From: an uncultured bacterium
GTDB taxonomy: Bacteria; Acidobacteriota; HRBIN11; JAKEFK01
Reading direction: 5' to 3'
NCBI GenBank assembly: GCA_963777505.1
Contig: CAVZQN010000004.1
Coordinates: 448,001-512,000 of the forward strand
DNA length: 64,000 nucleotides
A program made the position numbers and the translations under genes. Below the pieces are notes generated by a model. The model saw only the letters and a program-made list of their open reading frames with translations, made no database searches and was not told the origin of the DNA. Shown piece by piece: positions 11,304 to 22,379 of this stretch (the stretch's first letter is position 1; each line of letters begins with the position of its first letter).

Positions 11304-12932
11304 ATGAAAATAAAACTTGTATTATTAACGGCATTTCTAGCAGTCACTGTATTATGTTTCGCACAACAACCAAACGTGGATGAAAAGGTTTCATCCTTAG
11401 AAATTACTCTTGAAGATACGCCTCCTGCAACTTTGTACTACCAGAATCGAGAGATCGTCACACTTCGCGCAACAATAGGAAAGACAAGGCCGGAACAACG
11501 CGTTGCTGGAGCGTTGCGCCGCCTGGAGGGGCTTCCTGATTTTGCCCGAAGAGATAAAGTTCGTCTGGAAAAGATCGCTGAAGGATTGCTTTTAGCGGTT
11601 GGCTCTAACATGATTGTGGGAATCGCACCGCAGGATCTTGATCCGGCTTCCGGTAGAACTCTGGAACAAGAAGGTCAACGTGCAGTATCAAACTTAACAG
11701 CCGCTCTAGAAGCCCAGTGGAAGCAAAAGGATGTTGGGATTCTTGTGCGTGGTATCGCACTATCTGTGCTTGCCACTCTAATATTCCTTTTTGTTTTCCT
11801 CAACTTATTGAAGATGCGTGTCCGTGTGCTTGACTATTTTTCACGGAAAACTGAAGGTGAAAAACTGAGGATTTTTGGTTTTGATCTAAAAAATCAGGTC
11901 TCAGCTCTTGCTCAAGTATTTGTAAGGCTTCTTGTTTTCTCCCTGATATTACTGTCGGCATATTTCTGGTTAACGTTCGTCTTTCAGCAGTTTCCATATA
12001 CATATCCATGGGGAAAGGCCTTGGGTGGCTTTTTCTTGCAGAGCATTGGAACCCTTGCATCTGGCTTCGTTAAAGCGATACCAGGATTGCTCACTGTAAT
12101 TATAATTTTTGGGATCACGCGAGTTATCGCGAGGCTTGTACGTGATTTCTTTCAAGGAGTTGAATCCCGACGAGTCAATGTTCCGGGAGTGTATTCAGAG
12201 ACCGCAGGCGCAACCAGACGCCTTATCATTGTACTGCTGTGGTTGTTCGCACTTGTAATTGCATATCCTTACATTCCAGGGTCCCAAACGGATGCATTTA
12301 AAGGAATCAGTGTCTTTGTTGGTTTGATGTTCACGGTGGGATCTGCCGGTGTTGTGAATCATTTAATGAGCGGCCTCGTTCTGGTTTATTCCCGAGCCCT
12401 TCAGAAAGATGACTATGTCGCAGTCGGAGAAGTAGAAGGAACAGTGCAAGAAGTTGGCCCTCTGTCAGTGAAGATTGCTACGCTCGATCGAAGAGAGATA
12501 ACGATTCCTAACACGGTTATGACGAACACCAACATCGTTAATTATTCCCGCATATCGAAGGAGCAGGGGCTCCTTCTTCGCGCTACAGTAACGATTGGAT
12601 ACGATGCCCCCTGGAGACAGGTGCATGAACTTTTGAAACTCGCTGCCAGCAAAACGGGAGGACTTCGTAAGGATTCAGAACCCTATGTTTTACAGAGTGC
12701 TTTGTCTGACTTTTTCGTTGAATATAAGTTGTGCGTTCCATTGGAGGTTCCTAAAGAACGCTTCCGCAGATTATCGGAGCTTCACGCAAATATTCAGGAT
12801 GCGTTTAATGAATATGGTGTTCAGATTTGCTCACCTCATTTCGAAGCACAACCAGAAGGTAGGGTCGTCGTTCCAAAGTCGAAATGGTTTTCTGCCCCGG
12901 CAGGTGATGAGAATCAAAAAAAAGTGGAATGA
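11304..12932 (+). CDS. MscS-family mechanosensitive channel with N-terminal periplasmic domain
   Basis: Signal peptide, several TMs; NHLMSGLVL, D.V.VG.VEG.V, ITIPN, VTIGYD and IQDAFNEYGVQI motifs. Confidence 0.92.
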   Translation: MKIKLVLLTAFLAVTVLCFAQQPNVDEKVSSLEITLEDTPPATLYYQNREIVTLRATIGKTRPEQRVAGALRRLEGLPDFARRDKVRLEKIAEGLLLAVGSNMIVGIAPQDLDPASGRTLEQEGQRAVSNLTAALEAQWKQKDVGILVRGIALSVLATLIFLFVFLNLLKMRVRVLDYFSRKTEGEKLRIFGFDLKNQVSALAQVFVRLLVFSLILLSAYFWLTFVFQQFPYTYPWGKALGGFFLQSIGTLASGFVKAIPGLLTVIIIFGITRVIARLVRDFFQGVESRRVNVPGVYSETAGATRRLIIVLLWLFALVIAYPYIPGSQTDAFKGISVFVGLMFTVGSAGVVNHLMSGLVLVYSRALQKDDYVAVGEVEGTVQEVGPLSVKIATLDRREITIPNTVMTNTNIVNYSRISKEQGLLLRATVTIGYDAPWRQVHELLKLAASKTGGLRKDSEPYVLQSALSDFFVEYKLCVPLEVPKERFRRLSELHANIQDAFNEYGVQICSPHFEAQPEGRVVVPKSKWFSAPAGDENQKKVE

Positions 12933-12971
12933 AAACGTAAAGCGCAAACTCTTGTAAAATAATATTCGAGT

Positions 12972-14243
12972 ATGAATTACGGAATAAAAAAAGGACCCAT
13001 AAGTTCTTGCCTGATTGTGCTGTTTATAATTTCAATTTCAATTGCGGCTGAACCTCAGGTTGATTTTGATCAGCTTCCTAAACTGAAGGCCGATTCCATC
13101 CTCGAAAAGATTTCAGTTCAACGAACTAATTATCAAATCAAAGATCCAGTTTTAAGTGACGGTTACAGTTATGAATTTACAATTGAATCGCAATTCGGGA
13201 GTTTTACAGCGCGAAGTCAGACACAGCTTTTGATCCGATTACACGAAATTGATGCAATTGCACAATTGAAAGAAATTACAGGCGGTGAAGCTTTTGCGAA
13301 AGCAGCGGGGGAAGCCGCAACACATTCTCTTGAGGCCACCGCGAATTTTGTCCAGAATCCTGTAGAGACTGCAAAGGGAATCCCGGGTGGAGTGAAGCGG
13401 AAATTTGAAAATATCGGACGATTCGTTAAGCGGAGCACAGACAGCGATGAAGATGAAGACGAAGAGAAAGATTCAAGCGCTGCTTCCGATGCGACCAAAC
13501 AAGTCCTGGGTGTTAATAGTGCTCTTAGAAGTTGGGCACAAAAAGTCGAAGTCGATCCATACTCTTCAAATGTTGTTCTTCAACAAGAATTGCAACGATT
13601 AGCGAAATATGATTCCGCAGGAAAATTAGCAACCAACATCGTTCGCCCAAAAGTGCAACCGTTGGGAACGACAAGTAAAGTGAATGATCTGGTTTGGGCA
13701 AATGATCCGCAAGCACTGATGAAGCTCAATGAACAGCGCTTGCAAAGTATGGGAGTAGATCCAGAATTAAGCAAAAAGTTTTTGAATCATAGAGTTCTAA
13801 CTCCAACGGATCAAACTTATATTCTTTCTTCACTGGATGGACTGAAACAGGCTGAAGGCCGCGCTGAATTCATCCGTAGTACGCTCACTGCGGAGTCGGA
13901 AGAGGAAGCCTTTCTCTATCGCGATAGCGCTTCTATTCTGGAGAAGATGCAATCAAAAGGCACAACAATTTCACAGTTCCTTCCAAATCCAAGAATTGCC
14001 GTAGTGCAGTCTGGTAAACGCTTTGTCGCAGTGCTTCCCGCTGATGGACTTTATTGGACACGGAGTTTTGCTACTGCGGTGGAGGAATTTACAAAGCGTC
14101 ACAAAAATAGCTTTCAAAATAGCGAATCAAAGGAAATATGGTTATCAGGTGCGGCATCGGAACGTGCACGTTCTCAACTTGCTAAAAAAGGGTGGAAAAT
14201 TCACGAGAATTTATTGCACTCCACAAATGCTGCAAGCGAATAA
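12972..14243 (+). CDS. Exported hypothetical protein
   Basis: 423-aa ORF with signal peptide, co-oriented between mscS and patatin genes. Confidence 0.8.
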   Translation: MNYGIKKGPISSCLIVLFIISISIAAEPQVDFDQLPKLKADSILEKISVQRTNYQIKDPVLSDGYSYEFTIESQFGSFTARSQTQLLIRLHEIDAIAQLKEITGGEAFAKAAGEAATHSLEATANFVQNPVETAKGIPGGVKRKFENIGRFVKRSTDSDEDEDEEKDSSAASDATKQVLGVNSALRSWAQKVEVDPYSSNVVLQQELQRLAKYDSAGKLATNIVRPKVQPLGTTSKVNDLVWANDPQALMKLNEQRLQSMGVDPELSKKFLNHRVLTPTDQTYILSSLDGLKQAEGRAEFIRSTLTAESEEEAFLYRDSASILEKMQSKGTTISQFLPNPRIAVVQSGKRFVAVLPADGLYWTRSFATAVEEFTKRHKNSFQNSESKEIWLSGAASERARSQLAKKGWKIHENLLHSTNAASE

Positions 14244-14284
14244 AAACTAGGACCATGTTTTGCTTAAAAAAGTGAGGTGATTTC

Positions 14285-16496
14285 TTGAAACAGGCACGCA
14301 TCATTCTAGCCCTCGTCTTTGTGTTGTACTCGGCATTCACATATGCGCAGGAAAGCGCACAAAAACCTCGACCAAAAATTGGCCTTGTTTTAAGCGGCGG
14401 TGGAGCGCGAGGATTTGCTCACATTGGAGCTTTGCAGTGGTTTGAAGAACACCGAATTCCGGTCGATTATGTCGCAGGTACCAGCATGGGTGGATTGATC
14501 GGTGGAATGTATGCCATTGGTAAAACTCCACAAGAGATGAAGGATATTTCCTACAACATAAATTGGATTGATTTGTTTCGACCTGTACCAGCTTATGACG
14601 ATTTGAGTTTCAGAAGAAAACAAGATCGAAGAGCTTATCCAAACGCGATCGAAATGGGATTGAAAAATGGAATTTCATTACCAAGCGGCTTGAATTCCGG
14701 CCACCAGATAGGGATTCTGTTTAGCGATCTCACACTTCCATATTCCAATATTGCAAGTTTCGATGAGTTACCGATTCCATTCCGTTGCATGGCAACCGAC
14801 ATGATTGAAGCCAAGCCTGTCGTTCTACACAGGGGTTCCCTCGCTCTTGCATTGCAGGCTACGATGTCGATTCCAGGAGTTTTTTCTCCCGTTCTAATTG
14901 ATGACAAGATTCTTGCGTCTGATGGAGGTCTGCTCAACAACCTTCCAACAGATGTCATGAAAGAAATTGGAGTGGACATCATTATTGCAGTGGATATCGG
15001 CACACCACTTGGCGATGAGCAAGCGATGAGCAGCATTGGTGGTGTTCTTGGTCAGATGATTGGAGTTGTGACAGCTGAGAATGTACGAAGGAATCGCAAA
15101 CTTGCAGACATTCTGATTACACCAGATTTAAAGCAATATGCAACGATGGATTTTGGTAAAGAACAAGAGATTACTGGACTTGGTTATGACGGGACGGAAA
15201 AAGAATCGTCCAAACTACTTCCTCTTGCGCTGAGCGAAAGCGATTGGCAAGAACACATGAATCAGCGGCGTTCACGCATCCGAAATTCGGTTCCTGAACC
15301 CCAATTTGTTACAGTTACCGGTACGACACCAGGAGCAAAACAGGAAATTGAACACAAATTTAGCGAGCTTGTTGGCAAGCCTGTTGACACGGAAGTTTTG
15401 GATGAGGAGGTAACGAAAATCTGGGGAAATGGTCGATATTCTGCAGTCGGCTATCGAATGACTGAAGTGAATGACCAACCGGGGTTACTGATTCACGCAA
15501 GACAAAAAACGTATGCTCCTCCCTTTTTGAATCTGGCTCTGGAATTGAATAATACAAGCACGGATGTGCTTGATGTAAATCTTCGCGGCCGCGTTACTTT
15601 GATGGATATTCTCAGTGAGGGTTCTGAGATCAGGTTGGATGCCAGTGTCGGGTCCGAATTATCTTTAGGCGCAGAATACTACTATGTTGTAAAACGAACG
15701 CATTTTTTTGTAGCCCCCTATGCATTTGCGCAAAGAACGAAAACGGGAGTTTTTGCTGAAGAAGAACAAGTGGCTCAATATGAAGTTCGAAGATCTGCGT
15801 TTGGTGCTGATCTAGGTTATGAGTTTAGCTCTGCATCTGAGTTTCGCCTTGGTTATCGCGTAGGTCGATTAGAAGCGTCTCGTGAAATTGGTGATCCAGT
15901 TCTTCCTGAAGTAGAAGGCGAAGAATCGCAAGCATCAATGAGATATGCTTTTGATAACACTGATAGTGCGGTCGTTCCAACGCGCGGTTTCTTAATCGGC
16001 AGCAATCTGCGTTATGTCTTGGATTCACCCATACTTGAAGAGTCATTGGATGATAATAGTTTCACTCAATATTCAGCGCGGGCTTCAGGATTTATTCCAT
16101 TCGGTCGAAAAGAACACAATTTTCGTGCTTGGAGAAGGAGATACTTCGTTCGGTTATCAACCCAGTGCGATTGAACAATTCACAATTGGTGGACTCTTCC
16201 GTGTGAGCGGGTTGAGTAATGACGAATTTCGCGGCAATCACGCAATCATCGGTGGTCTGGGTTATTTAAGAAAGCTGGCCGATATGCCGCCATTACTCGG
16301 AGAAAAAATCTCAGCAGGAATCTGGTACGAGTTCGGTTCTGCGTTTGATGACTGGGATGAAAAAGAAATATTCAACAGTATCAGTGCAGGCCTTTTTGTT
16401 GAAACAATTCTAGGGCCAATTTTCATTGGTGGAAGTTACGGTGAACAAGGAAGAACAAACTTCTATTTTGCAATCGGCCGTTTTTTTGGCAGGTGA
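14285..16496 (+). CDS. PlpD-like patatin phospholipase-POTRA-Omp85 barrel (type Vd autotransporter); apparent +1 frameshift at ~16105
   Basis: GGGARG, GTSMG and DGG patatin motifs; POTRA-like segment; beta-strands ending FYFAIGRF in the second ORF. Confidence 0.88.
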
Positions 16497-16528
16497 AATC
16501 ATTAAATTAGTTATGATGTCATGCGATT

Positions 16529-16619
16529 CTCCCCCTTGGAGTAGAGGGGGTTGATCGAGTTTCGCTTGCCAAAATTTTCATCAACCCCCTCCTAGCCTTC
16601 ACCTTTATCCAAGGGGGAG
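16529..16619. repeat. Nested inverted repeat (two perfect 12-bp arm pairs) between convergent genes
   Basis: CTCCCCCTTGGA(16529)/TCCAAGGGGGAG(16608) and GAGGGGGTTGAT(16544)/ATCAACCCCCTC(16580). Confidence 0.8.
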
Positions 16620-16643
16620 GAACACATCCTATCGGAAAAAATT

Positions 16644-17807
16644 CTAAGGAGCAACAATTGCGCCGGATGCAAAGCAGAAACGAAGCAGATATTCCGAATA
16701 TAGGTGAACCTTTTCCGGCTTTCTTGCTTCCGATTCTGAAACTGGATTTGTAGGCATGCATTCATCCCTTGCCATTGAGTTATGTTGCGAACAATCCGGA
16801 TCGTCAACAGGGAGTTGTGTAGTGAAAGCGGCATTGAATGGAGGAAATTCCATCACAATGTTATCCAGATCATCAGCGCCCGAGACTCCGAAACCCAGAG
16901 AGAGCCAGGTAAGCGGTGCAACATACGGTGGAGTCTGAGTGCGCGCATGTGCAAGTGCATAGCGAGGCCGGTCTGCACTCACATCAACCAGATCGAGCAT
17001 CCAATCAGCTGGTTGTTCAATTAGACTTGCGTTCAAGCATTCGTCATCGGCACCATCAAATACAACGAGTCCTTCAACTAAAACTTCCTTTGCAATGAGA
17101 GCTGCATGGCCTGCGCCTTGTGAAAAGCCTGCGACTACAATTTTGTTCCAAACAATGTTGTTAAATGAAAGTTCAGTCGCGCCTCCAAGCGGAACATAGT
17201 AGGCATCCCAACCATAATGATTGGTTCCGTCTGCGATATCTTCTTCGTGAAGGCCTACAAGAGTTGTGTAAAGTCTTTCTAGAATTGAATCTGCTTTTTC
17301 GACGACCAGGAGACTCGATCGATCCACTCCAAGAATCGCTTCCTCGCGTACCTTACCGTGACAATCGTCCCCGCAAGCCGAACCAGTGCACATCGACGAA
17401 ACACTTGTAGTGTTGTCGTAGGAAAGTCCAATGGTTCGATAACCTGCATATGCAGCCATACTGAGCACCAGATCATGTTTATCAGGCTCCATGTTCGTTC
17501 CTGGTAAAAAAACTAAGAGGGGATCGCGGGGAGTTAGTGCCGAATTCGGTAAAAGGACATGATGAAGTGAACAGGGTGCTCTTCGTGTTGAAGCCGAACC
17601 AGGATTCAGAGTGCACCACGACTGAGATGTCGCGGGTCCGTATTGCATGAGATCAACCGGATCATAAGTTCGCATGACAGGTCTGAAGGTAGTGATTAAA
17701 CGTGGGTCAGGACAAGACTTAGTTTGTGCCTGTGCCAAATTCAAAAACATTAGAAGCAATAGCAAGAACGCCGCGATCATTACAGTTATAAGTTTTTTCG
17801 TAAACAT
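16644..17807 (-). CDS. Secreted alpha/beta hydrolase (BPSS1187-like)
   Basis: Signal peptide; LLVFLPGT, GYRTIGLSY and AGFSQGAGHA (nucleophile elbow). Confidence 0.75.
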   Translation of the reverse strand: MFTKKLITVMIAAFLLLLLMFLNLAQAQTKSCPDPRLITTFRPVMRTYDPVDLMQYGPATSQSWCTLNPGSASTRRAPCSLHHVLLPNSALTPRDPLLVFLPGTNMEPDKHDLVLSMAAYAGYRTIGLSYDNTTSVSSMCTGSACGDDCHGKVREEAILGVDRSSLLVVEKADSILERLYTTLVGLHEEDIADGTNHYGWDAYYVPLGGATELSFNNIVWNKIVVAGFSQGAGHAALIAKEVLVEGLVVFDGADDECLNASLIEQPADWMLDLVDVSADRPRYALAHARTQTPPYVAPLTWLSLGFGVSGADDLDNIVMEFPPFNAAFTTQLPVDDPDCSQHNSMARDECMPTNPVSESEARKPEKVHLYSEYLLRFCFASGAIVAP

Positions 17808-17935
17808 TTGAGTTTTCTCCTATGTGCATACAGAGGTTGCGATTCAAGAGACGGAGTCGATCCTATAGATCAATTGCGTGATTTAAGGGATGGACGGCCT
17901 CTAACAATGGAAGAAGTATTCCTCCACGATTATTT

Positions 17936-18163
17936 TTATGGCTCTTTTTTTAAGACTTGAGGTTTGTGAGGATTTTCATTAGACCATTGATCACGATACA
18001 ACTCTTGCTGATGTGAATTGGTCGCATCAACGGCAGGGAATCCAATTTCTGTGATGAGGCCAGTTTTATGGGAGTTTAAGGAAACGCTTTGTGTTGACTC
18101 TTGTTGTGTGTCAATTCCGTTAGCGGACTGGAACGAATTATTGTTATTTACTCTTGATACCAT
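17936..18163 (-). CDS. Small hypothetical protein (75 aa)
   Basis: GGAGAG RBS before ATG 18163; no recognisable motif. Confidence 0.35.
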   Translation of the reverse strand: MVSRVNNNNSFQSANGIDTQQESTQSVSLNSHKTGLITEIGFPAVDATNSHQQELYRDQWSNENPHKPQVLKKEP

Positions 18164-18249
18164 GTTAGTTCTCTCCAAAATTGGGTATTAAAACCCGTCA
18201 ACTGTACATGCGTAAAAATTCACTAACATGGATCAAGATTAATCAGGTG

Positions 18250-19635
18250 TTATTGGTTGCTCGTTCTGACGGCGTTTTGTCCTTTTCGTGAGAAATTGAT
18301 CGATAGACCCAAAATCCGGGCGGATTCCTGCGGCGCGTGAAATCCCGTAGAGTTTTCCGCTTCAATAAAATCTAGATAGAACTGTGCTTTCCGTTGATAA
18401 TCCCTTGCGACCGCCAGTTCTGCATCGGTTTTACCTGAGGCTTTTGCCGCTTTCACATCAGAGATAAGTTCTACCAAAGCATCCATTGCCGTGTTTCGTA
18501 GTTCGTATGTTCTTTCTTGAATGGCTTCGACGCGTGCTTTCAATTCTTCCTCAGGCCACTTATGACAAGTCTGACAAGCATGATTAATGTTTAAGACTGG
18601 ACTTTGCACGTGATGATCGCTGATTTTCAGCGCACCTACGCGTTTATACGGCATATGGCAATCTGCGCATGTCACTCCTGAACGTGAATGAATTCCTTGA
18701 TTCCACATCTCGAATTCAGGATGTTGTGCTTTTAATACATTCGCTCCAGTCTCCGCATGCGTCCAATCCTTAAATTGAATCTCATCATAATAGGCAAGGA
18801 TTTGCTCCACCTTAACTCCTTTTGACCATGGATACGTGAGCTGTTTTTCTGAGCCTTTGAAATAGTATTCAACGTGACACTGTCCGCAAACATATGCGCG
18901 CATTTCCTGGCGTGTTGCCATTGTATTTACATCGTAGTTCTGAATGCCTTGCGAGGCTTTCCATGCGCGAATGCCTTCGATGAAGCCGGGCCGTGTTACA
19001 CGCAATTGCATTGTTTGTGAATCATGACAATCGATGCAGGCAACTGGATGCGTTACGAGTTTGCGCGTTTCGAAATACGGCATCTGATTCATTTTTTCGA
19101 AACCTTTCATGATATCGCCGCCGCCTAGCTTTTTATACGCAACATAAACAGAGGCGTGGCATTGAATGCAGGCGCCGGGCTGTTTTGCTGCTTGCTGCCG
19201 CTCGGTCAATGTTTGATCTTCCAGCATGTAGGCGTGTCCCCTTTCTTCGCGGAAATCTACTGCAAAAGCGTATCCGGCCCACATTGTCTTGAGGCGCGGA
19301 TCTTCTTCAAGTCGGGATTGAGAAACGATAGAACGCGGATCGGCTGATGTTGGAGTTCGGGGAACAGCCTCGCTTCCGCCATATCGAGTCCGGCTTTGAT
19401 CAACGGTACGTTTGTATCCGTCATACTGTAATGGAAAATTTTTTCCCCAAACTTCGGGATCTATCGTTTCATCTGTCAATTCAACAACACGGTAAAATGG
19501 ATTTTTAGCTTCTTGCTTTCTCTCCATAATGTTCACAAGCAAAGCAATACCTGCTGCGGCTGCAAGCGCAGCAAGTCCAATCAGTAAGAAAAAGCGGCGA
19601 CGCCTGACTCTTGCGTTTTTTCCTTCATCGTTCAT
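18250..19635 (-). CDS. nrfA: Ammonia-forming cytochrome c nitrite reductase c552
   Basis: MWAGYAF, ERGH, CGQCHVEYY and KAQHPE motifs; five heme motifs (CIQCH, CIDCH, CGQCH, CADCH, CQTCH); ENSTGFHAP. Confidence 0.95.
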   Translation of the reverse strand: MNDEGKNARVRRRRFFLLIGLAALAAAAGIALLVNIMERKQEAKNPFYRVVELTDETIDPEVWGKNFPLQYDGYKRTVDQSRTRYGGSEAVPRTPTSADPRSIVSQSRLEEDPRLKTMWAGYAFAVDFREERGHAYMLEDQTLTERQQAAKQPGACIQCHASVYVAYKKLGGGDIMKGFEKMNQMPYFETRKLVTHPVACIDCHDSQTMQLRVTRPGFIEGIRAWKASQGIQNYDVNTMATRQEMRAYVCGQCHVEYYFKGSEKQLTYPWSKGVKVEQILAYYDEIQFKDWTHAETGANVLKAQHPEFEMWNQGIHSRSGVTCADCHMPYKRVGALKISDHHVQSPVLNINHACQTCHKWPEEELKARVEAIQERTYELRNTAMDALVELISDVKAAKASGKTDAELAVARDYQRKAQFYLDFIEAENSTGFHAPQESARILGLSINFSRKGQNAVRTSNQ

Positions 19636-19669
19636 AGCACAACCTCATAACATGAATGGCTTTGAAACA

Positions 19670-20134
19670 TTATTCCAGATGGCCGACCGAAGCATGACAT
19701 CGGACACAAGATAGTTGTTGCGATTTTTCATGACCTTCAATCATTTCAACAATTTCCTGGTGACATTTTCGGCAGGCTTTTTCTGTAATTTCCAGATCGC
19801 GAGGCAGAATATGAATTGGTTCATGAAAGCCGCCAACAGTAAAATAATACGAATGCCAAAAACCATTTCGGGCTTTCGTAAAATATTTTGGAATGAGTCC
19901 TGGAGGTGTATGGCAATCATTGCATACAGCCACTGATCGATGACTCGATTTTCTCCAGCCATCATATTGTTCAGTCATGACATGACAGTTTGCGCATGCG
20001 GCGGGATTATCCGTCATGTACGAAGTTCCCTTGGCATACAGGAACGTGTAACAACAAATTCCAACGGCCGAACCGATAGCAATTCCTAAAATTAATCCCA
20101 TTGCCGTTCGTTTCGTTTCAGACTTTGCAGCCAT
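19670..20134 (-). CDS. nrfH: Cytochrome c nitrite reductase small subunit (NapC/NirT family)
   Basis: N-terminal TM; CANCHVM, CNDCH, CRKCH and CVRCH; directly upstream of nrfA. Confidence 0.93.
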   Translation of the reverse strand: MAAKSETKRTAMGLILGIAIGSAVGICCYTFLYAKGTSYMTDNPAACANCHVMTEQYDGWRKSSHRSVAVCNDCHTPPGLIPKYFTKARNGFWHSYYFTVGGFHEPIHILPRDLEITEKACRKCHQEIVEMIEGHEKSQQLSCVRCHASVGHLE

Positions 20135-20150
20135 AAAAATCGTAAAACAG

Positions 20151-22379
20151 TTAGTCGTTTTGGGTTCTAGAAGCAATCGCCAGTTCTAGTTTCTCACGCA
20201 AATCCGAAGCACGATCCAGAAGATTCTGGAAGATATCGCGGTGAAGCGACAACATTACACACGGAGTCAGCGTACGGATGGTGGCGCTTCGCGGAATGTT
20301 TTTGATCAAGGCGATTTCGCCAAAGTAATCACCATCATCCAAAACGCAAATCGTCTTTGGTGTGCCATCTGCACTATCCTTCTCAACTGCGACCTGTCCG
20401 CGCGCGATCAAGTAGAACCGATTTCCTGGCGTGCCCTCTCGCACTACTACTCTGTCTGCAGAATACGATTCCGTAACGAACAGAGACGCAATTTCCTCAA
20501 GCAATTGGTAGTCTACATTTTCGAAAATCGGATAGTGTTTTAGCCTGGATGCCTGAACCTGAGCGGAACCCTCACTGAATGTAAACCCGGTTTGCTTTTG
20601 CCACAATTGAGTGTACAGTCCTTCTCCTCCCAGCAATTCATCATGTCTTCCTTGTTCGATAATAGATCCTTCTTTCAGGAGAAAAATGGAGTCGGCATTG
20701 GTTGCTGAAGACAAACGGTGTGTGACCGAAATCACTGTGCGTCCTTTTCCAACATTCATTAGAGTTTGATTGACTGCGTGTTCTGTTTCCGGATCGAGTG
20801 CACTGGTTGCTTCATCCAGAATTAAGATTTCCGGATTTCTCAGAAGAGCTCGCGCGATGGCAATACGCTGGCGCTGTCCGCCTGAAAGAAACGATCCTCT
20901 TTCACCGACAGGTGTATCGTAACCATCGGGCATTCGTACAATCGAGTCATGCATGCCTGCGGCCTCGGCCGCTGATCGAATCTCTTCTTCGCTTGCGTCT
21001 GGTTTCCCCAGGCTGATATTTTCACGAATTGATGCATTAAACAAAAAGCTTTCCTGAAATACGACTGCCATTTGACCGCGCAGCGATTCTGCGTTGATTT
21101 TTTTTTCGTCTTCTCCATCAATAAATACAGTCCCTTTTCCCGGTTCATAGAAACGTAGCAACAGATTGAGAATTGTAGATTTGCCACAACCACTCGGGCC
21201 GACAAACGCAACGAATGAACCTTTTGGAATCTTCAGATTAATTTTGTTCAGAGTAAGATTGTCAGTGGAATAGCTGAACGATACATCTTGAAATGTAATG
21301 TCAGAAGAGAATCGCTCGATAGAAGGAGCATCTGCCTTCTCGACAACTTCCGGTGATTCTGCAAGCAAGTCTTCTATCCGCTGCAAACCTCCAACGGACC
21401 GTAAAATTACCGGCACCACTTTTGTTAACGCTGTAACAGAAAAACTGATGTGTATATATATGGTATGAAGTGCAACGAGCGTTCCTAACGTGATTTGCCG
21501 CTCATACACAAGAATGACACCTGCTCCTATGACAAGGATTTCGAAAATGAGAATGATAATCGAGGGAATCCGTTCAACATTATCGGCCGAAAAACTGAAC
21601 CTCAGCGAGATGCGTGCCAGGTCTGCAGTTTCCCTGGCAAAGGCCTGGATCGCTTTCTTTGTCAATCCGAATGCTTTTACGACAGCTTGAGCGCTAATAT
21701 TTTCTTGAACTGTTTGTGCCAATCCAGCTTCCTTGGTTTTGAATTCGTACCCCATTGAAGCCGTTTTTCTTGCCAGTCGTATGGGCAGGATCACGCAAAG
21801 AATCAGGCCCAGAAGCGTGATTAATGCAATTCTCCATTCCACTGTAAAAAGCACAATACTTCCAAGAACAACGCCTAACCCCTGCATAATGAGGGTCGGT
21901 GCAGCGTTCGTCACTACATTTTCCAGAGATGTAAGATCAGTAGAGAAACGCGACATGATATCTCCGGTGGTGGTACGCTTGTAATAACTCATCGATAATT
22001 TCTGCAAGTGCTCAAATACCTTTTGACGAATGTCCTTCAGAACATTCGAACTCAGATACGCATAAAGATATCCCCGCGCGACACCGGCAGAAGCTGCAAT
22101 CATCACACCTGCCGTCAACACCACAAGAGTGGTTATCAATACTCGCCAATTACGATCGGCAATGCCGTAATCGATCAAATATTTAAAACTGAGTGGCCAA
22201 CCCATCAGGAAAGCTGTATTGATTAACAAAAGGACTAAAAGAAGGAAAGTTTGAGCGCGGTAGGGTTTTAGATACTTGTAAAGCGCTTTCAGAAAATCAA
22301 CGACGCCCATTACTGGCGTTGATTCTTTACCTGGGATTATGCTCGAGGTAAGCTTCGCTTCTTCTGGATTCTTTTTCAT
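20151..22379 (-). CDS. ABC exporter (TMD + ATPase) with C-terminal cyclic-nucleotide-binding domain
   Basis: TM region, GPSGCGKST, LSGGQRQR, LDEATSALD; then YFGEIAL...PRSATIR. Confidence 0.93.
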   Translation of the reverse strand: MKKNPEEAKLTSSIIPGKESTPVMGVVDFLKALYKYLKPYRAQTFLLLVLLLINTAFLMGWPLSFKYLIDYGIADRNWRVLITTLVVLTAGVMIAASAGVARGYLYAYLSSNVLKDIRQKVFEHLQKLSMSYYKRTTTGDIMSRFSTDLTSLENVVTNAAPTLIMQGLGVVLGSIVLFTVEWRIALITLLGLILCVILPIRLARKTASMGYEFKTKEAGLAQTVQENISAQAVVKAFGLTKKAIQAFARETADLARISLRFSFSADNVERIPSIIILIFEILVIGAGVILVYERQITLGTLVALHTIYIHISFSVTALTKVVPVILRSVGGLQRIEDLLAESPEVVEKADAPSIERFSSDITFQDVSFSYSTDNLTLNKINLKIPKGSFVAFVGPSGCGKSTILNLLLRFYEPGKGTVFIDGEDEKKINAESLRGQMAVVFQESFLFNASIRENISLGKPDASEEEIRSAAEAAGMHDSIVRMPDGYDTPVGERGSFLSGGQRQRIAIARALLRNPEILILDEATSALDPETEHAVNQTLMNVGKGRTVISVTHRLSSATNADSIFLLKEGSIIEQGRHDELLGGEGLYTQLWQKQTGFTFSEGSAQVQASRLKHYPIFENVDYQLLEEIASLFVTESYSADRVVVREGTPGNRFYLIARGQVAVEKDSADGTPKTICVLDDGDYFGEIALIKNIPRSATIRTLTPCVMLSLHRDIFQNLLDRASDLREKLELAIASRTQND

